Below, one piece after another: positions 40,638-50,623 of a DNA stretch of 64,000 nt. The position numbers and the translations under genes were made by a program. The number at the start of each line of letters is the position of its first letter. Position 1 is the first letter of the stretch. Under the pieces are notes generated by a model, which saw nothing but the letters and a program-made list of their open reading frames with translations, did not search any database and was not told where the DNA came from. The stretch comes from Guyparkeria sp. (GTDB lineage: Bacteria > Pseudomonadota > Gammaproteobacteria > Halothiobacillales > Halothiobacillaceae): contig JBHEOB010000002.1 in NCBI GenBank assembly GCA_046261775.1, positions 1,430 through 65,429 of the forward strand, written 5' to 3'.

Positions 40638-41126
40638 TCAGGAGGCCCCGTCGACCCGCCAGTGACCGCTCTTCCCGCCCCGCTTTTCCAGCAGACGCGT
40701 CTGCTCGATCACCATGCCGCGGTCGACGGCTTTGCACATGTCGTAAAGCGTCAGCGCGGCGACCGAGGCGGCGGTGAGCGCCTCCATCTCCACGCCTGTC
40801 TGGCCGCTCACGCCGCACTCGGCGGTAATGCGCACCGCGTGGCGCTCCGGCTCGGGAGTCAGGTCCACCTTCACCCGCGTGAGCATCAGCGGGTGGCACA
40901 TGGGAATGAGATCGCCGGTGCGCTTGGCGGCCATGATCCCCGCGATGCGCGCGGTGGCGAGCACGTCGCCCTTCTTGTGACCGCCCGAAAGAATCAGCTC
41001 CAGGGTCTCGGGCTGCATGACGATGCGAGACTCGGCCACGGCGATGCGTTGGGTATGCGCCTTCTCGCCGACGTCGACCATGCGGGCCTCGCCCTTTTCA
41101 TCGATGTGAGTGAGTTTCTCGCTCAT
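40638..41126 (-). CDS. moaC: Cyclic pyranopterin monophosphate synthase MoaC
   Basis: [37 protein letters not shown]. Confidence 0.96.
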   Translation of the reverse strand: MSEKLTHIDEKGEARMVDVGEKAHTQRIAVAESRIVMQPETLELILSGGHKKGDVLATARIAGIMAAKRTGDLIPMCHPLMLTRVKVDLTPEPERHAVRITAECGVSGQTGVEMEALTAASVAALTLYDMCKAVDRGMVIEQTRLLEKRGGKSGHWRVDGAS

Positions 41127-42316
41127 GCGCCCAGTTCTCCGAATGAAATGAAATCGACCTCGTCGCCGGCATCGAGGACCGCCCCCTCTGGGATCAGCGC
41201 CAGCCCGTCGGCCCAGGCCAGCGAGCTCAGCAGCCCGGAATTCTGATCGGCGAATGGCTCGAGCACGAGCCGCCCGGCCCGCCTGACCCGCTGCACGCGG
41301 ATGTACTCGGGGCGATCGCCGCCGCGACGCGACGCGGCCAGCGGCAACAGCTGGCTGGGGAGCCGCCCCGACGCGGCCTGCCCGGCGAGCTTCTGCAACG
41401 CGGCCCGCACGAACAGCTGGAAGGTGACGAAAGTGGACACCGGGTTGCCCGGCAAGCCGAGAAACGGCGTGCCCTGCACCTCGCCCACCGCCAGCGGCTT
41501 GCCCGGCTTGAGGAACACCCGCCAGTGGTCGATGTGGCCCATCGCCTCGACGCCGGCCCGCACCAGGTCCGCCTCGCCCACGGAAACCCCGCCGGAGGTG
41601 ACGATCAGGTCGGCGTCGGCCGCCTCGCGCAGGCGTGCGTCGATCACGGCACGCTTGTCCGGCAGGCAGGCACGCTGGACGATCTCCACCCCGCTCGACC
41701 GCAGCATGGCTTCGAGCATCGGGCCATTGGCGTCGTAGACCCTGCCCGGCACGAACGGCTCGCCCGGGGCGAGCAGCTCGTCGCCGGTGGTTAGCAGGGC
41801 CACCCGCACCGGCCGAGTCACCCGCACACTCGGCAGTCCCGTGCTGGCGATCAGGCCGATCATCGCGGGGGTGACGCGGGTGCCGGCGGCAAGGAGCTCC
41901 TCGCCTTCACGCGTATCGGCACCCGCCTGGCGCGCCCCGGCGCCCGGCCGGAGCGATTCGGTGACCCGCAGGACACCACCCTCCTCCTGCGTTGATTCCT
42001 GCGCGACGACCGTATCGCCCCCCTCCGGCAGCAGCGCGCCGGTGAAGATCCGCATTGCCGTTCCCGGCACCAGCCGGGCGGGCGGATCGCCGGCGAACTG
42101 CTTGCCGGACACCGGGAAGCGCCCCCCATCGGCGATCGGCCCCTCGAGGGCGTACCCGTCGAACAGACTCAGAGGAGCGAACGGCACGTCCCGTGGCGCG
42201 ACCACCGGATCGCGCAGCACCCGGCCGACGGCGTCCAGCACGGGCACATCCTCGGTACCGGCAAGCGTCGGCAAGCGATCGAGCAGGCGATCCAGCACTT
42301 GGCGGACGGTCTTCAC
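41123..42316 (-). CDS. moeA: Molybdopterin molybdenumtransferase MoeA
   Basis: DGYAL, IFTGA, TGDEL, SGGVSVG, KPGKP, LPGNPVS. Confidence 0.93.
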   Translation of the reverse strand: MKTVRQVLDRLLDRLPTLAGTEDVPVLDAVGRVLRDPVVAPRDVPFAPLSLFDGYALEGPIADGGRFPVSGKQFAGDPPARLVPGTAMRIFTGALLPEGGDTVVAQESTQEEGGVLRVTESLRPGAGARQAGADTREGEELLAAGTRVTPAMIGLIASTGLPSVRVTRPVRVALLTTGDELLAPGEPFVPGRVYDANGPMLEAMLRSSGVEIVQRACLPDKRAVIDARLREAADADLIVTSGGVSVGEADLVRAGVEAMGHIDHWRVFLKPGKPLAVGEVQGTPFLGLPGNPVSTFVTFQLFVRAALQKLAGQAASGRLPSQLLPLAASRRGGDRPEYIRVQRVRRAGRLVLEPFADQNSGLLSSLAWADGLALIPEGAVLDAGDEVDFISFGELGA

Positions 42317-42325
42317 GCAAACCTC

Positions 42326-42796
42326 CTAGTCGAAGTCGGCAAACCAGCGACGCCGTGCCTGCTCGTCGCTTTCGCGGGCATCGACCCAGCGGCTATCGCC
42401 CCGAGGATCGACCTCCTTTTTCCAGAACGGCGCGTGGGTCTTGAGGTAGTCCATGATGAAGGCGCAGGCATCGAGGGCATCTCCCCGGTGGGCACTGGCG
42501 ACCGCCACCAGCACGATCTGATCAGTCGGTCGGAGATGCCCGACACGGTGAACGATACTCACCCCGGCCAGCGGCCAGCGTGAAATCGCCTCGTCGGCAA
42601 CGCGCTCGAGGGCCCGTTCTGTCATGCCCGGATAGTGCTCAAGGACCAGGTCGCTGACCTCGATGTCATCATTTATGTCGCGCACGGTGCCAAGAAAACT
42701 GGCTACCGCACCAACATGCGCGCATTGCGAGCGCATCTGGCCAAGGACCTCGCCAATGTCGAAATCAGCCTGCTGGACTCGGACGGAAAGATACAC
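42326..42796 (-). CDS. moaE: Molybdopterin synthase catalytic subunit MoaE
   Basis: F.GTVRD, LEHYPGM, HRVG, SAHR, MDYLKT.APFWKKE. Confidence 0.95.
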   Translation of the reverse strand: MYLSVRVQQADFDIGEVLGQMRSQCAHVGAVASFLGTVRDINDDIEVSDLVLEHYPGMTERALERVADEAISRWPLAGVSIVHRVGHLRPTDQIVLVAVASAHRGDALDACAFIMDYLKTHAPFWKKEVDPRGDSRWVDARESDEQARRRWFADFD

Positions 42797-43214
42797 GGTG
42801 ACGATCGCTGCCCTGCTGGATATTTCCGCCAGACTATAACGGCCCGCTCGCGTTGCGCCAAGGTTGACAGCCCGCAGGACGCGCTGGCGCGCACCCCTTC
42901 AAACCGGCGATCGGGCAATCACCACACATTAATGCCCCATTAAATGTTCGAACCTGCGTTCGGTTGTTAATTAGCACCCGCTGATGTAGATTCCCACACG
43001 TTCAAGATTTCGATCGGGCCGTCGTTCGCAAAAGCCGGTGAAGATTGACCCGGCCGCGCGAGCGATGAACAATAGCGGGCCCGTGTCGACATCGGCCAAG
43101 CGCCGAACCGCACTCGAAGAACGCGCGCCTGACGGTTGTCGGAGAACCGAAAGGCCCGGAATGGATCTAACCCAGAACCGATCCGACCAATTGCCTACGA
43201 TGCAGGAGTGAGCA

Positions 43215-44585
43215 ATGTCCGAAAACACACTTGATCAGACGCCGCAGAGCGATGCCCGCGAGGGCGTGGCCTCTAGCGACCGTCGCAAATTCCTCCGCAA
43301 GAGCGTCGCGCTGGCGGCATCCGGTGCTGCAGCTGCAGCCGCCGGCAATGCCTACGGCGACGTCAAGCTGGAGACCGTCAGCGAGCCGCTGGAGATCAAC
43401 CCGACCCGGAACATCCTTGGTCGTGGCGTCGTCTCCGTTCCGTACGGCATGCCGTCCAAGTTCGCCAAGGACGTGGTACGCCGCAACGTCAGCTGGCTGA
43501 CTGCCGACACGGTCGCGTCGATCAGCTTTACCCCGTGGCAAGATCTCAACGGCATCATCACGCCGAACGGTCTGCACTTCGAGCGTCACCATGCCGGTGC
43601 CGTCGACATCGACCCGGAAGACCACCAACTGGTGATCCACGGGATGGTGGACAAGCCGCTGATCTTCACAATGGATGATCTCAAGCGGATGCCGTCGCAC
43701 ACCGCGATCCACTTTCTCGAGTGTCCGGCCAACGGCGCGATGGAGTGGCGCGGTGTCCAGATGGACTCCATGCAGTTCACCCACGGCATGATGAGCTGCT
43801 CGGAGTGGACCGGTGTGAAAATCACCGACCTGATGGAGTACGTCGGCGTCGATCCGAAATCGACCTGGTTCTACGCGGAAGGGGCCGACGGTTCCGCCCT
43901 GCAGCGCTCCATTCCGATGGAAGATGCCAAGGACCAGTTTGGCGAGCCGCTGCCGGCCGACCAGTGCGAGTTGTACAAGGATGCGATGATCGCCTACGCC
44001 CAGAACGGCGAGCCGCTGCGTCCGGAGAACGGCTACCCGATCCGCTTCCTGCTCCCGGGTTGCGAAGCGAACATGTCGATCAAGTGGCTCCGCCGCATCA
44101 AGTTCGTCGACAAGCCGCTGGTAACCTACCAAGAGACTCGTCACTACATCGAGCCGCTTCCGGATGGCACCATCCGCCAGTTTACGCTGGTCAACGAGGC
44201 CAACTCGGTCATAAACTACCCGTGCCCGGACTACCAGATGAAAGGCAAGGGCAGCTACGAGATCCGCGGCATTGCCTGGTCGGGTCGCGGCAAGGTCGCT
44301 CACGTCGACGTATCCGTCGATGGCGGCAAGAACTGGCAGGAAGCCGAGCTGGTCCAGCCCGTGCTGAGCAAGTGCGTGACCAAGTTCAAGCTCCCGTTCG
44401 AGTGGGAGGGTGGCGAGCACCTGATCATGAGCCGTGTCACCGACGAGACCGGCTACGTGCAGCCCACCCTGATGCAGTTGCGCAAGGTGCGTGGTTTCAA
44501 CAGCATCTACCACAAGAACTCCATTCAGGCCTGGAAAATCGAGAAGTCCGGCGAGGTGAAGAATGTCCAAATTGAAAACTTCTAA
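43215..44585 (+). CDS. soxC: Sulfane dehydrogenase molybdoprotein SoxC
   Basis: Tat signal DRRKFL, ITPNGLHFERHHAG, FLECPANG, EWTGV, ENGYPIR, IKWLRRI, TGYVQPT. Confidence 0.93.
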   Translation: MSENTLDQTPQSDAREGVASSDRRKFLRKSVALAASGAAAAAAGNAYGDVKLETVSEPLEINPTRNILGRGVVSVPYGMPSKFAKDVVRRNVSWLTADTVASISFTPWQDLNGIITPNGLHFERHHAGAVDIDPEDHQLVIHGMVDKPLIFTMDDLKRMPSHTAIHFLECPANGAMEWRGVQMDSMQFTHGMMSCSEWTGVKITDLMEYVGVDPKSTWFYAEGADGSALQRSIPMEDAKDQFGEPLPADQCELYKDAMIAYAQNGEPLRPENGYPIRFLLPGCEANMSIKWLRRIKFVDKPLVTYQETRHYIEPLPDGTIRQFTLVNEANSVINYPCPDYQMKGKGSYEIRGIAWSGRGKVAHVDVSVDGGKNWQEAELVQPVLSKCVTKFKLPFEWEGGEHLIMSRVTDETGYVQPTLMQLRKVRGFNSIYHKNSIQAWKIEKSGEVKNVQIENF

Positions 44586-45228
44586 GTTCAGCCTAGGTCT
44601 TGCGGCCGGCGCGATGGCCCTCGGCCTGAGCACCACCGGCATGGCGGCTGGTCATGGCAATGGCTTTAACGGCATTGGCAAGAACATCACCGACGAAGCG
44701 GTCGAACCGTGGGATATTAGTGTGTTCTTCGACGGCGAGAACCTGCCGGAGGGCTCCGGTTCGGTCGCCGATGGCGAGCAGCCTTACCAAGCACAGTGCG
44801 CCATGTGTCACGGTGATTTCGGCGAAGGGGCCGAGGGCTACCCGAAGATGGCCGGCGACCCAATGCCGCAGTTCGTCGACTCCCTCACGCAGGGGTTGGA
44901 CGGTGTAGGCAACCGTGGTGTCAACAACGCGTGGGGTCACGCCCCGACGCTGTACGACATGATCAAGCGTCACATGCCGTTCTACGCGCCGGGCACGCTG
45001 GGTGTCGACGAGTCCTACGCTATCACCTGCTACGTGCTCAACCTGGGCAACATCGTCGACTACGACTTTGTGTGTAGCGATGAGAACCTGGCCGACGTCG
45101 AAATGCCGTCCGTCGACTACTTCGTGACCGACACCCGTCCGGACACGAACAATCAGCGCTGCATGGAAAACTGCACCGACGAAGAGCCGGAAGTGGTTTA
45201 CTCGGCCGTCGAGGACGTGAGCGGCTAA
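44563..45228 (+). CDS. soxD: Sulfane dehydrogenase cytochrome subunit SoxD (mono-haem)
   Basis: Signal peptide, WDISV..DG..LP.GSGSV..G, single haem motif CAMCHG.FGEG, MPF..PG; overlaps soxC. Confidence 0.88.
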   Translation: MSKLKTSKFSLGLAAGAMALGLSTTGMAAGHGNGFNGIGKNITDEAVEPWDISVFFDGENLPEGSGSVADGEQPYQAQCAMCHGDFGEGAEGYPKMAGDPMPQFVDSLTQGLDGVGNRGVNNAWGHAPTLYDMIKRHMPFYAPGTLGVDESYAITCYVLNLGNIVDYDFVCSDENLADVEMPSVDYFVTDTRPDTNNQRCMENCTDEEPEVVYSAVEDVSG

Positions 45229-45262
45229 ATCCCGCCCTGCCTCACGGCACGAAGAACGACCG

Positions 45263-45289
45263 ACCCCGCCAAATGGCGGGGTTTTTTTT
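45263..45289 (+). terminator. Rho-independent terminator of soxCD
   Basis: ACCCCGCCA-AA-TGGCGGGGT followed by a T-run. Confidence 0.9.
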
Positions 45290-45344
45290 CGTTGTATGAT
45301 TGTCTGAACGTTACGCGCGACGGGCCATGCGTGGCGCACCAACG

Positions 45345-45369
45345 AAAAGCCCCGCCAGCGGGCGGGGCT
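45345..45369 (-). terminator. Rho-independent terminator of thrC
   Basis: Minus strand AGCCCCGCC-CGCT-GGCGGGGC-TTTT. Confidence 0.8.
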
Positions 45370-45398
45370 CGAGTCGTGGCCTGGCAAGGACGGAACGC

Positions 45399-46565
45399 CT
45401 ACTTCATGAAGCCAAGGATCGCGTTACGTACCGAATCGAGATCCGCGTCGATGGTCACCATGGTCGCCTTCTCGACACCCGGCGTGTCGCCGGTGCACTG
45501 GGCGATCGCCGTATCCGGATCCTTCAGGCCGTTGCCGGTCAGCGTCAGGACGATGCTCGAACCATCCTGAATCTTGCCGGCCTCGAGATCGTTGATCAGG
45601 CCAGCCAGCGAGGCAGCCGAGGCCGGCTCGCAGAAGATGCCCTCGTACTGGGTCAGCATGCGCTGGGCGGCGAGGATCTCGGCATCGGAGACCTCGGCGA
45701 ACCAGCCACCGGACTCCTCCATCACCTTCCAGGCGCGATCCCAGCTCTGAGGATGACCGATGCGGATGGCGGTGGCGACCGTATCCGGGTCGTCGACCAT
45801 GTCGCCGCGCATGAACGGTGCCGAGCCGGTGGCCTGGTAGCCAACCATCCTCGGGCGGTTGCCGCCCGATCCGCCGCCGGCAAACGGGCACTTGCCATTG
45901 CAGTAGGCGCAGGACTCGGTGACGTGCTCGCCGGAGACCGCGGAGAACTCGCAGTAACCTATCCAGTGTGCGGTGATATTGCCGGCGTTGCCGACCGGCA
46001 GGCAGTGGTAGTCCGGCGCACGCCCCAGCTCTTCGACAACCTCGAAGGCCGCCGTCTTCTGGCCCTGCAGGCGGTACGGGTTGACCGAATTGACGACGGT
46101 CACCGGCGCCTCTTCGGCGACCTGCTTGACCAGACGCATGCCGTCATCGAAGTTGCCGCGGATCTGCAAGATGGTCGCGCCGTACATCATCGCCTGGGCG
46201 AGCTTGCCCATCGCGATCTTGCCGTCCGGGATGATAACGAAGGCGGTGATGCCGGCTCGTGCGGCATAGGCGGCGGCCGCCGCCGAGGTGTTGCCGGTCG
46301 AGGCGCAGATGATGGCCTTGGAACCCTCTTCCACCGCCTTTGTCACGGCCATGGTCATGCCGCGGTCCTTGAACGAGCCGGTCGGATTGAGCCCTTCGAA
46401 CTTGACGTATATATCGACGGAACGACCCAGCACCTTCGGCAGGTTGTGCAGGCGGATCAGCGGCGTGGCGCCCTCGCCGAGGCTGATCAGGCGGGTGTCA
46501 TCGGACAGTGGCAGGCGGTCACGAAACCGATCCAGCAGACCAGTGTAGCGGCTTTGATGCGTCAT
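45399..46565 (-). CDS. thrC: Threonine synthase (short, B. subtilis-like class)
   Basis: NPTGSFKDRG, CASTGNT, NSVNPYR, PVGNAGN, CEPASA, TGNGLKDP. Confidence 0.93.
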   Translation of the reverse strand: MTHQSRYTGLLDRFRDRLPLSDDTRLISLGEGATPLIRLHNLPKVLGRSVDIYVKFEGLNPTGSFKDRGMTMAVTKAVEEGSKAIICASTGNTSAAAAAYAARAGITAFVIIPDGKIAMGKLAQAMMYGATILQIRGNFDDGMRLVKQVAEEAPVTVVNSVNPYRLQGQKTAAFEVVEELGRAPDYHCLPVGNAGNITAHWIGYCEFSAVSGEHVTESCAYCNGKCPFAGGGSGGNRPRMVGYQATGSAPFMRGDMVDDPDTVATAIRIGHPQSWDRAWKVMEESGGWFAEVSDAEILAAQRMLTQYEGIFCEPASAASLAGLINDLEAGKIQDGSSIVLTLTGNGLKDPDTAIAQCTGDTPGVEKATMVTIDADLDSVRNAILGFMK

Positions 46566-46718
46566 GGAATTCTCGCTTGGAATGACGCGCCGCCCGGCCC
46601 GGCCCAAATCGGCTTGCCGATTCGAACCCTGGCCTGGCGGCGAGCGGATGATTTGCGAGCATTTTACCCTGCCAGCCTAGGACTGTCAGGTCGCGTGCCC
46701 CGCAGACGATGGATGGCG

Positions 46719-47528
46719 TCAGCCCGCCTTGGTTCGGCAAAGCATCTGATCCTCGCCATTGAGGATTTCCTTGAGCACACGGCGTACATGGCGCATGGAC
46801 GTGGAAAGCGTTGCCTCGATCTCCTTCATGGAGACCGTGTCGCCGTCGTGCACACCGGCCGCCCAGTTGGCGACGACGTTCAGGCTGGCGTAATCGATAC
46901 CGGCCTCACGGGCCAGCACCGCCTCGGGCATGCCGGTCATGCCGACCACGTCGCAACCGTCACGCTCCAGTCGACGGATTTCGGCAGCCGTTTCCAGTCG
47001 TGGACCCTGGGTGGCTCCATAGGTGCCACCGTCGATCATCGGCAGGTCAAGCGACCGGCCGGCGCCAAGGAATGCCTCGCGCAGCGAGGGATCGTAGGGG
47101 TAGGTGAAATCGACGTGGGTGACCGAGTCGAGGTCCCCCTCGTAGTAGGTCGAGGGGCGTCCCCAGGTGTAATCGATCAGCTGATCGGGCACCACCAGGG
47201 CCCCCGGCCCCATGTCCGGGTGAATCCCGCCGACCGCAGCCACCGCCAGAATGCGACTCACCTGCAGCTCGCGCAGCGCCCAGATATTGGCCCGGTAGTT
47301 GATCTGATGTGGCGGGATGCGGTGGTTGTAGCCGTGCCGCGGCAGGAAAACCACCTGGCAGCCCTGCATGCGGCCAATCGTGATCGGTCCGGACGGCTCA
47401 CCGAATGGCGTGGGCACGACCTGGTGACGGACCTCGTCGATGCCCTCGATCTGGGACAGTCCGGTCCCGCCGATGATTGCCAGATGCACGTCAGTCCTCC
47501 CGTCGATTGGAATCACCTGCCCGCTCAC
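46719..47528 (-). CDS. mtnP: S-methyl-5'-thioinosine/thioadenosine phosphorylase
   Basis: IIGGTG, PRHG..H..PPH..NYRAN, GPRLET, VGMT.MPE; VANWAAG suggests the MTI-preferring type. Confidence 0.85.
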   Translation of the reverse strand: MSGQVIPIDGRTDVHLAIIGGTGLSQIEGIDEVRHQVVPTPFGEPSGPITIGRMQGCQVVFLPRHGYNHRIPPHQINYRANIWALRELQVSRILAVAAVGGIHPDMGPGALVVPDQLIDYTWGRPSTYYEGDLDSVTHVDFTYPYDPSLREAFLGAGRSLDLPMIDGGTYGATQGPRLETAAEIRRLERDGCDVVGMTGMPEAVLAREAGIDYASLNVVANWAAGVHDGDTVSMKEIEATLSTSMRHVRRVLKEILNGEDQMLCRTKAG

Positions 47529-48100
47529 TCCCCTTCGGGAAGGGCGTAGATGCCCGGCAGGTTGCGAAAGTAGCCATGGTAATCCATGCCCTCGCCGAAG
47601 ATGTAGCGATCAGGGACCGGCACGCCGGAAAAGTCGGCGGACAGGCCGGGCACCTTGCGGTCATGCTGCTTGTCGGTGGCCACGGCGATCCACACGCGGG
47701 CCGCCCCGGCATCGTGACACCATTCGCGCACCGCCGAGAGCGTATACCCTTCGTCGAGAATGTCGTCGACCAGCAGCACCTCTCGCCCAGCCAGCTCGAT
47801 GTCCGGCTGGGCCAGCCACTTGAGTGCCCCGCCCGAGGTTGCTCCGCGATACCGGGTAGCGTGCAGGTAGGACAGCTCGAGTGGAAACTCGAGCCGCGAC
47901 AGCAGCTGGCCGACACTGACCAGCCCACCGTTCATCACGGCCAGCACCAGCGGCAGGCGCCCGGCGAGTTGCTGGTTGATCTCCCTGGCAAGGCGCGCGT
48001 AGGCCGCCTGCATTTCCTCGGCAGGCACCAGGCACTCGCAGCGCGCCAACAAGGCATCGAGCTGCTCGGACTGCCGGGAGGAGGCATCGTTCGGTTGCAT
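47525..48100 (-). CDS. hpt: Hypoxanthine-guanine phosphoribosyltransferase
   Basis: HATRYRG, PRPP-binding LLVDDILDEG, YIFGEGMDY. Confidence 0.88.
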   Translation of the reverse strand: MQPNDASSRQSEQLDALLARCECLVPAEEMQAAYARLAREINQQLAGRLPLVLAVMNGGLVSVGQLLSRLEFPLELSYLHATRYRGATSGGALKWLAQPDIELAGREVLLVDDILDEGYTLSAVREWCHDAGAARVWIAVATDKQHDRKVPGLSADFSGVPVPDRYIFGEGMDYHGYFRNLPGIYALPEGE

Positions 48101-48120
48101 CAAGGCTCTCCGCAAGGGAT

Positions 48121-49182
48121 TCAGGCGCGATCGGGAAACAGGTCGGGCTCGTCGACGCCCAGACGGTCGATCCAGCCTTGGGCCTCGCGATAACGAGGCG
48201 AACGCATCAGCGAGTCGTGACCGGGCACCGTGCCATGACCGAACATCCGGGCCAGGCGCGCCTCACGCTGGGGACTGGCCGCGAAATCGAGCGAGCTCTG
48301 CACCCGGTCGACCCGCTCGGGATGATTGCAGATCAGCGCCATATCGACGCCGGCCGCCAGGCACTGCTCCACCCGTGCCTCGATCTCACCCGCGGGCGAG
48401 GCGGCCGCCATGGTGAGATCGTCGCTGAATACGGCGCCCTCGTAGCCCCACTGCTGGCGCAGGATCTCGCGCACCCACACCGGCGAGAACCCGGCCGGCC
48501 GAGCGTCCACTTCCGGGTAGACCACGTGCGAGACCATCAGCCCGGGGATCAGCCGCTCGGCCATCGCCTTGAACGGGCGCAGATCGGTCTTCTCGATGCT
48601 CGCGAGCGGACGCGGGTCGACCGGATGGGCGATGTGCGAGTCGGCCGCGACGGCACCGTGACCGGGGTAGTGCTTGCCCACGGCGGCCATGCCCGCATCC
48701 TGCATCCCGCGGGTCCAGGCGATCGCCAGCGCGATCACCGCCTCGGGGCGCTCGTCGAAGGCGCGATCACCTATCACCCCGCTGATACCCCGGTCCAGGT
48801 CGAGCACCGGGGCGAAGCTCAGGTCCACGCCGACCTCGCGCAACTGCACCGCCATCAGCCAGCCCAGCGAACGCGCCGCTTCCAACCCGGCCTGGCGGTC
48901 CTCGTCGAACAGATCACCGATGCGCCCCATCGCCGGCAGGGCGGCGAACCCGTCGCCCTTAAAGCGCTGCACCCGACCACCTTCCTGATCGACGGCGATC
49001 AGCAGATGCGGGCGGCGCAGGGCCCGAATCTCGGCGACCAGCTCGGCGATCTGCGCGTGACTTTCGAAGTGGCGGGCGAACAGGATCGCCCCGCCGGTGG
49101 ACGGGTGCTGGAGTCGACGTCGATCCGCCGGAGTAATCTCCGGGCCGGCGAGATCGATCATCAACGGGCCAAGTGCGGTCAT
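48121..49182 (-). CDS. nagZ: Beta-N-acetylhexosaminidase NagZ (GH3)
   Basis: DQEGGRVQR, FAPVLD, KHYPGHG...DSH, SDDL.M. Confidence 0.93.
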   Translation of the reverse strand: MTALGPLMIDLAGPEITPADRRRLQHPSTGGAILFARHFESHAQIAELVAEIRALRRPHLLIAVDQEGGRVQRFKGDGFAALPAMGRIGDLFDEDRQAGLEAARSLGWLMAVQLREVGVDLSFAPVLDLDRGISGVIGDRAFDERPEAVIALAIAWTRGMQDAGMAAVGKHYPGHGAVAADSHIAHPVDPRPLASIEKTDLRPFKAMAERLIPGLMVSHVVYPEVDARPAGFSPVWVREILRQQWGYEGAVFSDDLTMAAASPAGEIEARVEQCLAAGVDMALICNHPERVDRVQSSLDFAASPQREARLARMFGHGTVPGHDSLMRSPRYREAQGWIDRLGVDEPDLFPDRA

Positions 49183-49206
49183 GGTGCTTCCCTTTGCAGT
49201 GACGAT

Positions 49207-50196
49207 TCAGCGATCTTGCCGATTGCGCAGGCTGCGCTGCCGGCGACTGCGGCCGTGGTTGCCCAGCATGGCCTGCTCGGCGAGCGCACCCAGGTAGACG
49301 TAAAGCCCCAAGGCGACCAGCAGGGCCGCGGCGGCAAACACCATCAGGGTCGCGACCGCCCCCTGATCGGAATACCCCATCGACACCTTGAACATGGTCA
49401 ACAGCCCCTCGATCAGGATAGCGACCAGGATGGCGGCGACAAACCGCGTCATCGTTCGCCGCACGGTACTGTGGCGATGAAGGTCCTTCTCCATCAGCAC
49501 CTCTTCCTCGAACACCGTCTTGGCCAGGTCGAATATCGCCATCGCCAGGGTGAGGACGACGATCACCTCGAAGGGTTTGAGACGTAGTTCGGATGCCCAG
49601 CCAGGCTCCAACAGGGATTTCACCAGCTCGCTCATGCTGCTGTAGAAGAGCACCCCGGCCACCAGCATCATCGCGGCAGCGAACAGCCCGTACAGGCCAC
49701 GGAAGACCGGCTCGATACGTCGACGCAGGGTATCGCCCAGCAGAAAGCTGATCATTGCCTCGAGGTCGACGTCGATGACCAAGTAGCCCATGCGGTCCTG
49801 GTGCTCGATCTGCAGGGTCGCCGAGATGCACAGATCGCGCGAAGCCGAGGAAAGATACGGCTCGGTCAGGTGAACGTACTCCCCTTCATTGAAAAACTTG
49901 AAGTACGGCCGCTGACTGCGATCGGTGCCCTTGCCTCGCCCCATCGCCCGATTGACGTGGCCGGTCTCGTCGGCACCGTACTCCGCGATCTGCACACCAT
50001 CCTCGTCGAGCAAATAGACCAGATCGACGAATGGATAGAGATCGATCAGCTTCTCGGTCACGGAATGCAGCGCCGCCTGGTCGGTGAGCAATCTCGGCTC
50101 GCCGATGCCGGTGATGATCGATTCGATCAGTTCGCGGATCGGACGTGACTGCTCGTGGTAACGGTCGATGGTGCTGAGGTAGTTGGCCGAATGCAT
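49207..50196 (-). CDS. PDC/Cache-like sensor domain plus 4-TM (PsiE-like) membrane protein
   Basis: YLLD..G.Q, DRSQRPYF and TEPYLS...LCIS Cache-like motifs; C-terminal TMs with AIFDLAKT.FEEEV. Confidence 0.65.
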   Translation of the reverse strand: MHSANYLSTIDRYHEQSRPIRELIESIITGIGEPRLLTDQAALHSVTEKLIDLYPFVDLVYLLDEDGVQIAEYGADETGHVNRAMGRGKGTDRSQRPYFKFFNEGEYVHLTEPYLSSASRDLCISATLQIEHQDRMGYLVIDVDLEAMISFLLGDTLRRRIEPVFRGLYGLFAAAMMLVAGVLFYSSMSELVKSLLEPGWASELRLKPFEVIVVLTLAMAIFDLAKTVFEEEVLMEKDLHRHSTVRRTMTRFVAAILVAILIEGLLTMFKVSMGYSDQGAVATLMVFAAAALLVALGLYVYLGALAEQAMLGNHGRSRRQRSLRNRQDR

Positions 50197-50327
50197 GATG
50201 TCCCTGGGTGGCGAGAAATTTCGTAATGGGTAATGACACGTTGCGCGCAGTTTAACCCGAGCGGACCGGCCGGGTGGTGGCACATGCCAGGAAAAGCACC
50301 CGGCCAGATACCTGGCCCAGATACGGC

Positions 50328-50427
50328 AAAAAAAGAGGCGCCCACTAAGGGCGCCCAACAAGGAGGAGTCAAAGAGCACCAAACGGGGCGCGCCGGAACC
50401 GATGAAGGAGGACGCGTCGTCTTGGCA
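50328..50427 (-). ncRNA. Putative ~100 nt sigma54-dependent sRNA with anti-SD motifs
   Basis: Sigma54-like promoter upstream, two CUCCU motifs (GTCCTCCTTC, GACTCCTCCTTG), and terminator GGCGCCC-TTAGT-GGGCGCC-TC-T7. Confidence 0.6.
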
Positions 50428-50437
50428 AACCATTCAC

Positions 50438-50453
50438 AGCGAGAAGTGTGCCA
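50438..50453 (-). promoter_or_regulatory. Sigma54 (-24/-12) promoter
   Basis: TGGCACACTTCTCGCT versus consensus TGGCACN5TTGCW, with correct GG-N10-GC spacing. Confidence 0.6.
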
Positions 50454-50563
50454 GACAGTAATGACAGCATGATGGCAGGCCGGCATCGCTTTCATGGCGC
50501 CATTTGCGTGTAGACGCCCGCCGATCGGTGCGGCGCACCTTCGCCCATGCGGGCGGGCATTGA

Positions 50564-50580
50564 CTCACCGTCCTGGTGCA
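50564..50580. promoter_or_regulatory. NtrC-like enhancer site
   Basis: CTCACCGTCCTGGTGCA versus TGCACC-N5-GGTGCA, ~110 bp upstream of the -24 box. Confidence 0.4.
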
Positions 50581-50623
50581 AGACTCAGGCCGGCGCCCCA
50601 AGCTAGGGAACCTAGATCAGTCG

